Source: Fibrobacteria bacterium (GTDB lineage Bacteria; Fibrobacterota; Fibrobacteria; UBA11236). Taken from it: a stretch of 64,000 nucleotides of DNA. The stretch spans positions 1 to 64,000 of the forward strand of contig JBGTHM010000005.1 of NCBI GenBank assembly GCA_041746255.1, given 5' to 3'. The notes beneath the pieces are model-generated. The model did not search any database, was not told the origin of the DNA, and saw only the letters and a list, made by a program, of their open reading frames with translations. Shown piece after piece: positions 1 through 10,554 of the stretch; position 1 is the stretch's first letter; every line of letters begins with the position of its first letter. The position numbers were made by a program, and so were the translations under genes.

Positions 1-321
1 TATACGCGGGAGTGTCCCGGACTCCTTGCTGATTATAGCTTGACGGGAAAAAGGGTAGCAGATTTTCTAGAGCGCATTTCCTTTGAGCGCCGGCTCCCTA
101 AATCCATTACAGTTGATAATGGCACCGAATTCTATTCGAAGCAAATGGATATCTGGGCATTTAGGCGAAAGGTGGAACTAGCATTCATTCGTCCCGGCAA
201 GCCGGTGGAAAATGGATTTTCGGAATCCTTCAATGGCAGACTCAGGGATGAATGCTTGAATACCCATATTTTCGCCACCTTGGACGATGCCAGAATTATC
301 CTGGAGGAGTGGCGTAATGAC
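1..321 (+). mobile_element. IS3-family transposase (OrfB integrase core), partial at window edge and truncated at 3' end
   Basis: Frame +1 reads [19 protein letters not shown]...ITVDNGTEF...[26 protein letters not shown]...EEWRND. The expected YNxxRPHSSL tail is replaced by unrelated AT-rich sequence, and the ORF runs on to a stop at 426. Confidence 0.9.
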
Positions 322-474
322 TCCGCAAGCTTTCCGTTAAATTTTTTAAGCCACATAAATCCTTATTTTCGCAACCACAAGTCTAAAAAGTGGGCTTGTG
401 GAACGGTTACAAATGTCTTATTCTAAACCAAAAGGATGGTTAAGGAAATGGCATCCAAGGAGTGGAGATAACAT

Positions 475-2238
475 TTAATTTTTAATACTTCCAGTAAGTA
501 AGTTGTAACCAGATCCGATAGCAAAATTACTTAACCATTTTCCAGAGCTTGTAAAAGAATTATCGGTACTTAATGCCACATACCAATCTCCATTCCATTT
601 TACTTTTGCAAGTAGATCTTGACGTCCATCTCCGTTTACATCCTCGACTAGCAGGTCGTAATCAGTACCTATAGCCCAACCGGTTAACCATTTACCACCA
701 TAATCCAAACCACCCCAGTAATTATTAAGAGCAACATGCCAGTCACCATTTGCTTTATCTTTACCTATTAAATCCGATTTTGAATCACCATTCACATCTG
801 CTACAAAATATTCGTAGGACGTATTTCTAAACCCTACCGATCCCGCCCATTCTCCCTTACTGGTAAACTTACTCCCATCACTGATGGCTTTGTACCAGTA
901 ACCCGTATATTTGTCTCTGGCAAAGAGATCAGTGAATCCATTCCCAGATAAATCGCCAGTATAGAGATCGTATCCAGTTCCTATGGCCCAACCGGTTAGC
1001 CATTTACCGGTATCGGTAAATCCATTTCCATTGTTTATAGCCACATACCAATCTCCAGATGATTTCTCCTTTGCGATTAAATCATCGCGACCGTCCCCAT
1101 TTACATCGCCGTACATGAGGTAGTAATTCGTACCTATTCCCCAACCAGATAATAATCTTCCAGCGTCAACAAAGGATGTTCCGGTATTGTAGGCTACATA
1201 CCAGTCACCATTATACTTGTTTTTAGCTACTAAATCTTTGAAACGGTTACCATTTATGTTTGCAGCGAACAACTCATATCCAGTTCCATAAGCCCAACCT
1301 GAAGGCCATTGTCCGAATGTATTAAATGCATTACTTCCATTGCTATACGCGAAATACCAATTTCCCGTGTGTTTCTCTTTGGCGATTAAGTCTCCATTGC
1401 TTTGCGTTGGATACATTACTCTAGCTGCAACAAGATCATATTTACTGAAACCAACCCATAAATTATCAGCAGTACCTCGGTTCATGACTGAATTCGGATC
1501 AGGATTATAACCTTCGTCAGGGGTACCCGGAATAGCGGTAGAACCTGCCTCAGTCTCATCTAGGCGCCAATTTGTATGCCTAATTCCAAGACAATGACCA
1601 AGTTCATGCACCATATTCTGTAATTTTTGCGAACTTGGGAGAGTCTTATTACTATGGTAATTCAAGTTAATCCAAATTCTCGGCCCCGGTTTTCCATTCA
1701 CAGGAGGGTCGGCAAGGCCGAGATAGTTATCGAACATATTTTCTGCGCTAATTACAATATCGGCTTCCCCTGTAGTGACAAGCCTTAAGTGTATTTCTGA
1801 TCCGGCTATTTTGTTCCACTGGCCAATTGCTTGGGCAATTTCAGGTCTCCAATTATCGACTCCCGAAGTAGGCATAGAGCCATCAATTCTAACGGAAATA
1901 TTGGATACTTTATTTTGAGCAACTATGCTATTAAACCTTCGCTGCGAAGTTTTATTTAATGGCTTGCTTCGTAAATTGTCTTTTTGAATTCTTATACATT
2001 CCTCTATTACAAAATAATCATCAAACTCTTCGATCATATCAGTACGGTACCCTAATGCCTTAATTTCTTCCAAATAATTAAAATTATCGCTTTTTGTTCC
2101 GACTACTTATTCTACTTTATTCGATTCCTGTGAAATATTACAACCTAACACTAGGTTCACAAGACATACCATCATTGTAATTTTAATACTTCTAATTTTA
2201 AAATCCGTTTTCGCCATTTTACCAGCATGGAATTTCAT
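475..2238 (-). pseudogene. M57-like zinc metalloprotease lipoprotein with C-terminal FG-GAP/VCBS-type repeats; in-frame TAA at 2107-2109
   Basis: HELGHCLGIRH zincin motif and SVM Met-turn; repeated GDVNGDGRDDL...GDWYVA units; ATG at 2238 with AGGAG RBS and lipobox LVLGC is in frame with the 475..2073 ORF but separated from it by one TAA. Confidence 0.75.
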
Positions 2239-2350
2239 TCTCAATGACTCCTATCGTTTAAATTTAATTCTCTTCGCTATTGTATAGAAATACAAATTGA
2301 CCCAATCTCTAACAGCAACCATAGCTGGGATTTCGTCCAAACCCATTTTG

Positions 2351-2392
2351 ATTGATACTTAATTTATGATTATTGATACTTAATTTATGATT
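2351..2392. repeat. Perfect 21-bp tandem duplication ATTGATACTTAATTTATGATT x2
   Basis: Read directly: 2351-2371 and 2372-2392, upstream of the protease gene. Confidence 0.95.
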
Positions 2393-2745
2393 AGAAAACT
2401 GTGACGTCAAGTACCAATTTGGATGGTCCTTTTTTTGTATTACCTAAAATACTCCATTTTCCATGTGTTTATCCTTAACTACTTTTAACCGCACTATTTT
2501 TTCATTTTTATGTGAATTTTCCTTATTCCGTGCGGTTTTAGCATCTCTTGAATTTAAAGTCGCTTAGCAATCCAACCCATTTCCGAATTTTATACATCTA
2601 AATTTCCAGTAACCATCTCCACAACCGCCCCCATAACCATCTATCACCTACCTTAGACTCCCCAAAGCAACAATCGGTTACCCCACCCACCCCCATTTTT
2701 TTCTATTTTCCACCCAAACACCTGCTCAAAAAGGAGCCTTTTCTC

Positions 2746-3726
2746 ATGGACTTGACCTTTATCCTTCTAATCGCCATTATCATCGCCGGCATCATCTTCT
2801 TCTTCGTGATAGCCAGTTTTTTCTCCCTCTGGCTCCAAGCCTTCATGTCCAAGGCCGATGTCAGCATCGCCGCGCTGGTCGGGATGAAGCTTCGTAAGGT
2901 TCCCCCTAAAGTCATTGTTGAGGCCAAAATCATGGGTATCAAGGCCGGCCTCGACCTTTCCACCGAGGCCATGGAAGCCCACTACATGGGTGGCGGACAT
3001 GTCATGCGCGTGGTACAGGCCCTGATTGCGGCCGATAAGGCCAATATCCCCCTCACTTTCAAGCGCGCCGCCGCCATCGACCTGGCCGGTCGAAACGTGC
3101 TCGAAGCGGTGCAAATGTCGGTTAACCCCAAGGTTATCGAAACTCCGGTGGTATCCGCCATGGCTGTCGACGGTATTCAGCTTAAGGCCGTGGCCCGCGT
3201 CACTGTACGCGCCAACCTCGACAAATTGGTGGGTGGCGCCGGTGAGGAGACCATTCTGGCCCGTGTGGGTGAGGGTATCGTTTCCACCATCGGTTCGGCT
3301 AAGAACCATAAGTCGGTGCTGGAGAATCCCGACCAGATTTCCAAGACGGTTTTGAACAAGGGGCTCGACTCCGGAACCGCCTATGATATATTGTCCATTG
3401 ATATCGCCGACGTGGACGTGGGCAAGAACATCGGCGCCGAGCTGGAAACCGACCGCGCCGAAGCCGATAAGAAAATCGCCCAGGCCAAGGCCGAAGAACG
3501 GCGTGCCATGGCGATTGCCCATGAGCAGGAAATGTTTGCCCGGGTTGCGGAAATGCGCGCCAAGGTGACCGAGGCCGAGGCCCAGGTGCCGCAGGCCATT
3601 GCAGAGTCTTTCCGGAGCGGAAATCTTGGGGTGATGGACTATTATAATATGCGCAACGTTATTGCCGATACCACCATGCGGGACCGCATCGGCGGCGCGG
3701 GCGAAGGAAAGGGCAAAGACTCTTGA
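2746..3726 (+). CDS. floA: Flotillin-like protein FloA (YqfA/SPFH family)
   Basis: N-terminal TM helix; [62 protein letters not shown]. Confidence 0.95.
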   Translation: MDLTFILLIAIIIAGIIFFFVIASFFSLWLQAFMSKADVSIAALVGMKLRKVPPKVIVEAKIMGIKAGLDLSTEAMEAHYMGGGHVMRVVQALIAADKANIPLTFKRAAAIDLAGRNVLEAVQMSVNPKVIETPVVSAMAVDGIQLKAVARVTVRANLDKLVGGAGEETILARVGEGIVSTIGSAKNHKSVLENPDQISKTVLNKGLDSGTAYDILSIDIADVDVGKNIGAELETDRAEADKKIAQAKAEERRAMAIAHEQEMFARVAEMRAKVTEAEAQVPQAIAESFRSGNLGVMDYYNMRNVIADTTMRDRIGGAGEGKGKDS

Positions 3727-4724
3727 GCATTGAGCTGATATTTATCCTTATCATCGTTTTCAACGTGGTGACAAGCCTTATCGCGAGGCAAGCCAAGAAG
3801 AAAAAGGCGATGGAGGAGGCCCAGCGGACGGGTCGCCCGGTGGAAGCCTTGGAAGAGGATGAAACTGATTTCGACCTGCTTATGGAAGAGGAGGAGGAAG
3901 GCGCGGCCTATGGAGACCGCGACGAGTTGGATAAGCGGCGGCATGGCTCCCATCCAGGCGCTCCTTCTCGATCGGAAGAGCGCACGGCCCAACGCTCCGA
4001 TGAGCATTGGGGCGGTTATTATGACCCGGAGTCCAAACGCTATAACTCCGAAGATAGGATGCGTGAAAACAAGCGCCGGCTGGATGAGGAAAGTCGTAGA
4101 CGGCCTTTGAGCCGCGAGGAACGCGAGGAGCAGAACCGCCTTAGGACAATGCTTGACCGGCTTCCCAGTAAAGAGCGGGCCGTTAAAGTCGGGCGCGATG
4201 TCATGAACGAACTGGCCAAGGAATTGGGGATAACCTTTCCCGGTTCCGAGGAGGAAAAAAAGCAGGAGGCTCAGCAACGTCGGCCTGGTACCATCCCGGC
4301 GAGTGATGCCCGCCGAAAAGTGGAGGCCGAAGCTAAGACTTTGGAAGCGCGCGATGTTTCACGCGAAGCCACTATTCTTGAGCGGAAGCTCCAACGCGGC
4401 GAAGATCAGTACGGGGTGCACGCCACGCATGAAAAGGCCTCGTGGAAGAAAAAAGAGTACAAGGAATACGGTCGTAGTCGGACTGAAATCGAACAGCAAC
4501 GAAAGCGCGAGGCGCTGGAAGCCGCGGCAGAATCCCAGCGCTTTATCGATTTGCGCATGCAGCAGATTATCGCCAAGGCGCGCACCGCCGGCGGGTTGCA
4601 AGAGGCCTTTATTTTAAGGACCATGTTGGACTCGCCGGTGTCGAGGGGCGGCCGCGAAGGCATGCGTCCCCGAGTCCGTCCCTCCAAGGGCCCTTCCGGC
4701 AAAAGACCTCCCGGCGCGTCCTGA
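3723..4724 (+). CDS. Hypothetical membrane-anchored charged protein, probable FloA operon partner
   Basis: TTG start overlaps the floA stop; single N-terminal TM helix followed by a long E/R/K-rich region. Confidence 0.7.
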   Translation: MSIELIFILIIVFNVVTSLIARQAKKKKAMEEAQRTGRPVEALEEDETDFDLLMEEEEEGAAYGDRDELDKRRHGSHPGAPSRSEERTAQRSDEHWGGYYDPESKRYNSEDRMRENKRRLDEESRRRPLSREEREEQNRLRTMLDRLPSKERAVKVGRDVMNELAKELGITFPGSEEEKKQEAQQRRPGTIPASDARRKVEAEAKTLEARDVSREATILERKLQRGEDQYGVHATHEKASWKKKEYKEYGRSRTEIEQQRKREALEAAAESQRFIDLRMQQIIAKARTAGGLQEAFILRTMLDSPVSRGGREGMRPRVRPSKGPSGKRPPGAS

Positions 4725-4770
4725 AAATTGTTTTGCAATGCCTATCATGTTCACTGTATAGGAGGCGCCC

Positions 4771-6105
4771 TTGGCGAACTCGGCTACCGATAAGCTCCTG
4801 GAATTCATCCACTCCAGCCCTACGCCCTTCCATGTCGTGCAATCGGCGGAAAAGCGGTTGGGAGAAGTGCAAACCGGTCTTTTGGATGAAAAGGACTATT
4901 GGCGGCTGGCCGAAGGCAAGGCCCATTATCTTACCCGCAATCACAGTTCCTTAATCGCTTTCCGGCTTCCACCCAATCTTGATTTTCCCAATGAACTTCG
5001 CTTCCATATCGTGGGAGCGCATACCGATAGCCCTTGCCTTAAACTCAAGCCCCGGCGGATGGTGGCGCCCGGCAATTACCTGCAATGGGGTGTCGAAGTT
5101 TATGGCGGCGTTTTGCTCAATTCCTGGCTCGATCGCGATCTCGGTATCTCTGGCCGCCTTTGCCATACCCATCAGGGAGAAACGCGCAGTGCTTTGATTG
5201 GGCTTCGAGAAGCATTTCGTATTCCCCAACTAGCTATTCATCTCGATCGTGGCGTCAATGAAAATGGCCTTATCCTCAATCCCCAGCGTCATCTGCCGCC
5301 TGTAATTGGACTGACTGGAAATAAAACCCTGGAGCAGGAGTTGTTGCGCTTGGCGCGCGAAGCTTTTCCCGAAGCGGATATTCCCGAGGGCACAGCAACC
5401 GAGCAATTGGAAAAATTCGGCGTCTCTTTCGACCTGTTTTTACATGACCTCGAAGCCCCGCGCTATGGAGGGCTCAATGAAGAATTCATTTATGCTCCCC
5501 GGCTGGATAATCTGGGCATGAGCCATGCCGCCCTCGAAGCATTTTGTGAATCGCAACCGCAAGAAGGGATTATCCAGGTAATCGCCCTTTTCGATAATGA
5601 GGAAGTGGGAAGCACATCGGCTCAGGGGGCGCAGTCTAATATGCTACCTCTGACCTTGGAACGGATATTCTTGTCGCTGGGGTTTTCCCGGCAGGACTTT
5701 CTCTCCGCCTTGGCCCGTTCCTTCCATATCTCCGCCGACATGGCCCATGCACTACATCCTAATTATGCGGACAGGCACGACCCGCATCATTTTCCCCTGA
5801 TTAATGAAGGGCCGGTACTCAAGGCGCATGCCGCACAACGCTATGCTTCCAGCGCCGAAACCGCCGCCTATTTCCTGCACCTGTGCCAAAAAGCGCAGGT
5901 ACCGAGCCAAAACTTCATCAACCGCACCGACCTCAGCTGCGGTTCGACCATCGGGCCCATGCTGGGCGCTTCCCTCGGCGTACCCACCGTCGATGTGGGC
6001 AATCCCATGCTCTCCATGCACTCCATCCGCGAAATGGCGGGATCGCTTGATCACGAACGCATGATCCGCGTCATGCAAACTTTTTTCGGCGACGAACGCG
6101 TTTAA
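4771..6105 (+). CDS. M18 family (aspartyl) aminopeptidase
   Basis: SPTPFH, GAHTDSP, RLDNL, FDNEEVGS, SADMAHA.HPNY, GSTIGP and MHSIRE motifs; GGAGG RBS. Confidence 0.95.
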   Translation: MANSATDKLLEFIHSSPTPFHVVQSAEKRLGEVQTGLLDEKDYWRLAEGKAHYLTRNHSSLIAFRLPPNLDFPNELRFHIVGAHTDSPCLKLKPRRMVAPGNYLQWGVEVYGGVLLNSWLDRDLGISGRLCHTHQGETRSALIGLREAFRIPQLAIHLDRGVNENGLILNPQRHLPPVIGLTGNKTLEQELLRLAREAFPEADIPEGTATEQLEKFGVSFDLFLHDLEAPRYGGLNEEFIYAPRLDNLGMSHAALEAFCESQPQEGIIQVIALFDNEEVGSTSAQGAQSNMLPLTLERIFLSLGFSRQDFLSALARSFHISADMAHALHPNYADRHDPHHFPLINEGPVLKAHAAQRYASSAETAAYFLHLCQKAQVPSQNFINRTDLSCGSTIGPMLGASLGVPTVDVGNPMLSMHSIREMAGSLDHERMIRVMQTFFGDERV

Positions 6106-6235
6106 GCGGCACATTCACCGCCATACTCCACCAGACTTGTGGGTGATAGACGTTAGGGATATTTTCCCTAATAGAATCGAATGCTTAATTCGATTTTAGG
6201 AAAAACTTCCTTCACACAAGCAAAAGGAGTCCAAA

Positions 6236-6901
6236 ATGAGAATTTCCCAACTGACAGCTGCCTCTGCCTTGAGCGTGTTTTTGGCGATCGGTCACGCGAA
6301 ATCCCCCACACCGAACCCAGGTCCCGAGCTGAGGCCCGGGAACGGCGAATACAATGGGAACGGCATGGAAAACGGCCAGCATGAGAAGAAATCGAATGGA
6401 ATGCAAAATGGTGCGTACCATGGAATGCAAAACGGCGTCGGATCCCCATCCGTAGGCCAAATCGGTGAGATGCAAGCTCCGACACCCGAATACTGGGTAG
6501 CGGACGCTTCCATTTTCCTCCACAGCGCCGTGACAACCGCCGAAATTCTTGAGCAGGAAGCCTCTTTGGAACAGCATTCCGGAGAAATCCTCGGGAATCA
6601 AGCCCAATTCCTGCATAGCTCAATCAGCCGGGCCATCAACAGCCTGGAAACCTTGCAGGCCGATGCCCGCGAGTCCAATCCTCAGGCGGTTTCATCCATC
6701 GACCGAGCCTTGACTCAATTGCAGGCGGCTAACCAATCCGCCCAGCAAATCGTACAGGCATCGCAAGGTGAACTACTGGGCGAACAGTTCAGCAATAATG
6801 TCCAGCAGCTCTCCCAAAGCCTACAGGATGCGCTGCAAAGCCTGAACCAAGTGGCCACCGCATATAATGCCACTCAGTTCATACCCGGAGAAGTTTCCTG
6901 A
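6236..6901 (+). CDS. Secreted hypothetical protein with N/G/M/Q low-complexity N-terminus and Q/S-rich helical C-terminus
   Basis: AAGGAG RBS, Sec-type signal peptide, terminator downstream. Confidence 0.7.
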   Translation: MRISQLTAASALSVFLAIGHAKSPTPNPGPELRPGNGEYNGNGMENGQHEKKSNGMQNGAYHGMQNGVGSPSVGQIGEMQAPTPEYWVADASIFLHSAVTTAEILEQEASLEQHSGEILGNQAQFLHSSISRAINSLETLQADARESNPQAVSSIDRALTQLQAANQSAQQIVQASQGELLGEQFSNNVQQLSQSLQDALQSLNQVATAYNATQFIPGEVS

Positions 6902-6931
6902 GCATATCATCCGATATAAACTCAACGAACA

Positions 6932-6957
6932 AGGGACAGGGCCGAAGCCCTGTCCCT
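6932..6957. terminator. Intrinsic terminator hairpin between convergent genes
   Basis: AGGGACAGGGC-CGAA-GCCCTGTCCCT, 11-bp perfect stem. Confidence 0.85.
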
Positions 6958-6981
6958 ATTAATTAGTGCCGGAATAGAGTC

Positions 6982-7446
6982 TTAGACGCGCGAACGACTA
7001 CCACGAAAAGTCGAGTCGTCATAATAGGCGTAATCGTAATAACCCTTCGTGCTTACCGGCGTCCAGTCCTTCTTGTCGGAGAAGATTTTATTACGAAGGG
7101 AATCCTCGTAGCTTCTCTCGACTTCGTCCCCGCTGTAAACCGGCCAATCACGTACCGTGTCACGGGTCAGCTTGTCGACAAAGAGGTTCTTGTCCTCTTC
7201 ATGCAATGCCGCCATGCCGATGGGAATCAGAATACGGTCTCCCATACCCTCGACCCGGAAATCCTTGTTCAATTCCACGTCCGCATAGCGAACTTTCATC
7301 AATTCCTTTTCGAAGAAAAGATCCTTCACTTTGCCGAAATGGATGCCTTCCGGGCCGATGAGATCCCAGCCCCGGATGTCGGGCTGGTCTCCGGCGACGT
7401 CATAATCCTTTTGTTCAGTTAGGCGTACCAATATTTTCTCGTTCAT
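6982..7446 (-). CDS. PRC-barrel domain protein
   Basis: DYDVAGDQPDIRGWDLIG..G..FGKVKDL......KVRY..V...ILIPIG pattern; ATG at 7446 with GGAGAG RBS. Confidence 0.85.
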   Translation of the reverse strand: MNEKILVRLTEQKDYDVAGDQPDIRGWDLIGPEGIHFGKVKDLFFEKELMKVRYADVELNKDFRVEGMGDRILIPIGMAALHEEDKNLFVDKLTRDTVRDWPVYSGDEVERSYEDSLRNKIFSDKKDWTPVSTKGYYDYAYYDDSTFRGSRSRV

Positions 7447-7477
7447 AATCGCTCTCCTCTCACAACGGGAAGGTGGC

Positions 7478-8224
7478 CTAGCTGGCCAATCCACCCGCTT
7501 GCGTCATGTTTTGGTTGAATGTCGTCAAGGATTCGCTGGCCTGTTGAAATGCGCCCATGACTTGCTCTCTTTGATTGAGCAACAATTCATTGGGCTGGAT
7601 ATCGGCGCCAGCCTGACGCAATTGTTCGATTTGGTCTTGAGCCTGTACTCCGGCCTGAGCCTGGATTCTTTCCAAGGCTTGGGCGGCCGTGGTGAAGGAT
7701 TGGCGAATCAGGATTGCATGGCCCGTAGAAGCCTCGTTTTCCTTCAATTGATCGGCATTCTCTTCGAGTTGAGAGGTCAGGGTATTGAAGGCGTCATCTC
7801 TCACGTCGGCTTCATCAGCCAACGAATTAAGCGCCGCGGCGAGATGTCCCAGACCTTCGCCCGTAAACTCCCCTTCACTTCCCATTTCCACTTGGGCCGG
7901 ATCGCGCAAAGCAAAAGCGCGGAGTTCGGCGACTTCGTCGGTAATGGCCACCGGGTCAGTCCCAAGGGCTTCCCTTTGTTGACCCGTAAGGCCTTCCCGA
8001 TCGCCTTCACCGTACATGCCGTTTCCAGCCGCTCGTTGGTCTTCCCCGAAACCAGGTGCGGGAGTTTGTTCTGTAAACGCGCCATTTGGATCCGTTGCGC
8101 CTACGCGAGTGTCCCTCCCTCCTATCGCAGAGAATAAAACCCAAATTAGGACCACGGCCAGAATGATTCCGATAATCCATGCCCACATATTCGTTTCTTT
8201 TCTTTCTACCCCTAAATCTGCCAT
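7478..8224 (-). CDS. Hypothetical membrane-anchored protein
   Basis: WAWIIGIILAVVLIWVL TM segment, helical C-terminus, AAGGAG RBS. Confidence 0.75.
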   Translation of the reverse strand: MADLGVERKETNMWAWIIGIILAVVLIWVLFSAIGGRDTRVGATDPNGAFTEQTPAPGFGEDQRAAGNGMYGEGDREGLTGQQREALGTDPVAITDEVAELRAFALRDPAQVEMGSEGEFTGEGLGHLAAALNSLADEADVRDDAFNTLTSQLEENADQLKENEASTGHAILIRQSFTTAAQALERIQAQAGVQAQDQIEQLRQAGADIQPNELLLNQREQVMGAFQQASESLTTFNQNMTQAGGLAS

Positions 8225-8415
8225 ATTCGCTCCTTTTTAAATGAATGGCCACTTTTACTGTGAAGGCAGAACCGCGCTTATCAGGTAAGCTATGGAATAC
8301 CTCCACACTTATTTTTAAAGAAGCCTTTAAGACAGGTGATGGCAATCCTAAAGCGGACATCGAATTCGCCAGGCGCCGTCAAGATCGTGGCGAGCTTGCA
8401 CAAAATGCGCAGATG

Positions 8416-8435
8416 GTGCGCAAATTTTTGCGCAC
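8416..8435. promoter_or_regulatory. Dyad GTGCGCAAA-TT-TTTGCGCAC, candidate enhancer (bEBP) site
   Basis: Perfect 9-bp inverted repeat about 50-70 bp upstream of a sigma54-type promoter; related TGCAC/TGCGC half-sites at 8396-8411. Confidence 0.55.
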
Positions 8436-8485
8436 TCGAATCTAAATCAAGCGTGGAAATAAAGAGAAAACCGACTTTTTAGCCC

Positions 8486-8501
8486 TGGTACGGCAATTGC
8501 T
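8486..8501 (+). promoter_or_regulatory. Sigma54 (-24/-12) promoter
   Basis: TGGTAC-GGCAA-TTGCT versus consensus TGGCAC-N5-TTGCW, with correct GG-N10-GC spacing. Confidence 0.75.
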
Positions 8502-8548
8502 TTAACTATTCTTGTGTGGCAATCATTCACTTTGAGGAAAACATATTT

Positions 8549-9226
8549 ATGCAACGCAAGCTAATTCAAAAATCTATTTTCGCCTTTTCCCTATCGATAT
8601 TTATCGGGCTTGCTCCCGGTCAGTACTCCGACAATGCACCCGCACCCAGGGCTCCGGAAAAGTCCCTCAAGAAACATAATGTGGGTATTGGTGCGGGGTA
8701 TATTTCCGGATATGGCCTGACCTACCGCCATTGGGGCGAAAATAAACACGGCTTCCAGGCATCTTTTGTCCCAATCGCGAGAGTAAATGAGGATGAGACC
8801 TATATCAATACCAGTATTGGCGGAATCGGAATGCGCTCCTTGCATGAAACCCGACATACCAACTTTTTCGCTTATTACGGTGGAAGCTACAATTACACTT
8901 ATGAATCAAGGAACCCCTATTATAATTATAGCCCATATAACCCCGAAAATTTGGGTAAATTCCAATTGACCGAGCATACCATTCATGCTGGAAGCGGAAT
9001 GGGGATAGAAATCCACTTTTGGAATTTGAACTATTCCTTGATGATTGGATATCGAGGAACCAACATTGATTACCGTCATGTCAATGCCACTGAAAACGGG
9101 GATTATTATTACTACCGCGGACTCTTCGATTCCGGTCGTAGTTATAAGGCGGAGAACAACGGCAAGTGGATTAAAAATTTTGATTTTCGCCCGAGCGTTG
9201 AAACGGGGTTGTTCTACAGTTTTTAG
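8549..9226 (+). CDS. Outer-membrane beta-barrel-like protein
   Basis: Signal peptide, alternating Gly/aromatic beta-strands, terminal ...GLFYSF; GAGG RBS before ATG 8549. Confidence 0.7.
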   Translation: MQRKLIQKSIFAFSLSIFIGLAPGQYSDNAPAPRAPEKSLKKHNVGIGAGYISGYGLTYRHWGENKHGFQASFVPIARVNEDETYINTSIGGIGMRSLHETRHTNFFAYYGGSYNYTYESRNPYYNYSPYNPENLGKFQLTEHTIHAGSGMGIEIHFWNLNYSLMIGYRGTNIDYRHVNATENGDYYYYRGLFDSGRSYKAENNGKWIKNFDFRPSVETGLFYSF

Positions 9227-9304
9227 TAGATTTTTCAGCGGGTAAATCGGGTCGAGGATATCGGTAGGAGAAATTGTACCTTGCATGATTTTAGACTTAG
9301 CTCC

Positions 9305-10474
9305 ATGAGTTATTCTTGCCACCCTTATCCAATTTTCCTCACCTTGATTATCCTAACCCTGTTTCCGAAGTCCAGCCTCCAGGCCCAAGAACCCTTACGG
9401 GCCTTGGCCGCAAAACACAAATTCCATGTCGGCGCAGCCGTGGGCGCTGCCTTCTGGGGCAACGATGCGCGCTACCGCGAAGTTCTCACACGGGAATACA
9501 ATGTCTTGGTAGCGGAAAACGAAATGAAGGCCAGTTTCCTCCAGCCCAGCCGTGGTAATTTTTCCTGGAACAAAGCCGACGAACTCGTACAATTTGCCGA
9601 GGATAACGGAATGAAAGTACGGGGACATGCCTTGGTTTGGCATACCCAAGTGGGGTGGATGGAAAATCTGCAAGCGGATCGCAACGAAATGCTGACGGTG
9701 ATGCGGGAGCATATTGAAGCCGTGGCGGGTCGATACAAAGGCCGCATCTGGGAATGGGACGTGGTTAATGAAGCCATCGACGACGGCAACGCCATTTTCC
9801 GCAACACTTTCTGGCTTCAGCGCATCGGCGAAGACTATATCGATTCCGCTTTTCATTTTGCCCATCGCGCCGATCCCAATGCCCTGCTTTACTATAACGA
9901 CTATTCCTCCGAAGACATGGGCGCCAAATCCAACAAAGTCTATGCTTTGGTCAAGGGCTTGAAGGAAAGGGGCGTTCCCATCCATGGCGTAGGATTTCAA
10001 TGCCATTTCGAAAGCGCCGCGACTTGGCCGGCCTTCAGTGGCATTGATGCGAATATGCAGCGCCTGCAGGCATTGGGGTTGAAAATTTCCCTCACCGAAG
10101 TGGATTTCCGCATGCAAATGCCGCCGGACGCGGCCAGCCTGGCGCAGCAAAAACAAAAGTACCAGGACCTGATGCAAATCTGCCTAGCCAATGCGAATTG
10201 CACCAGCTTTCTTACCTGGGGAGTTACCGATGCCCATTCTTGGGTACCCCACTTCTTCACGGGAATGGGCGCAGCCCTTCCTTTCGACAGCAATTACCAA
10301 CCCAAACCGGCCTATGAGGGGTTGAGCGAAGCCCTTTCCCAGCCACCCATGCGCGTCAAGCCCCGTGGATCACGGGGAACGCCGTGGTTGCACCGGAATT
10401 CCCCTAGAGCTTATCGCATAGACGCCCTGGGACGCCTAACCCCGGCGCAAGCCCCCGTGCTATCCTGGCAATAG
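9305..10474 (+). CDS. Endo-1,4-beta-xylanase, glycoside hydrolase family 10
   Basis: AENEMK, RGHALVWH, WDVVNEA (acid/base), YYNDY, GFQCH, LTEVD (nucleophile), signal peptide; start codon uncertain (9281 or 9305). Confidence 0.93.
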   Translation: MSYSCHPYPIFLTLIILTLFPKSSLQAQEPLRALAAKHKFHVGAAVGAAFWGNDARYREVLTREYNVLVAENEMKASFLQPSRGNFSWNKADELVQFAEDNGMKVRGHALVWHTQVGWMENLQADRNEMLTVMREHIEAVAGRYKGRIWEWDVVNEAIDDGNAIFRNTFWLQRIGEDYIDSAFHFAHRADPNALLYYNDYSSEDMGAKSNKVYALVKGLKERGVPIHGVGFQCHFESAATWPAFSGIDANMQRLQALGLKISLTEVDFRMQMPPDAASLAQQKQKYQDLMQICLANANCTSFLTWGVTDAHSWVPHFFTGMGAALPFDSNYQPKPAYEGLSEALSQPPMRVKPRGSRGTPWLHRNSPRAYRIDALGRLTPAQAPVLSWQ

Positions 10475-10554
10475 GATAATTCCTCCGTTTATGGCCCATT
10501 TGGGCAGCGATTGGCTATTTTTAGACTTGGTTATTCCCCAGCAAAGGATTGAAC

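Noticed and set aside
322..426. C-terminus of the 128-aa transposase ORF
   Set aside because: Read-through into unrelated AT-rich DNA after the truncation point
4690..4724. C-terminal KRPP of the FloA partner as an arrest motif
   Set aside because: Does not match R-[AG]-P-P and lies in a generally Pro/Arg-rich tail
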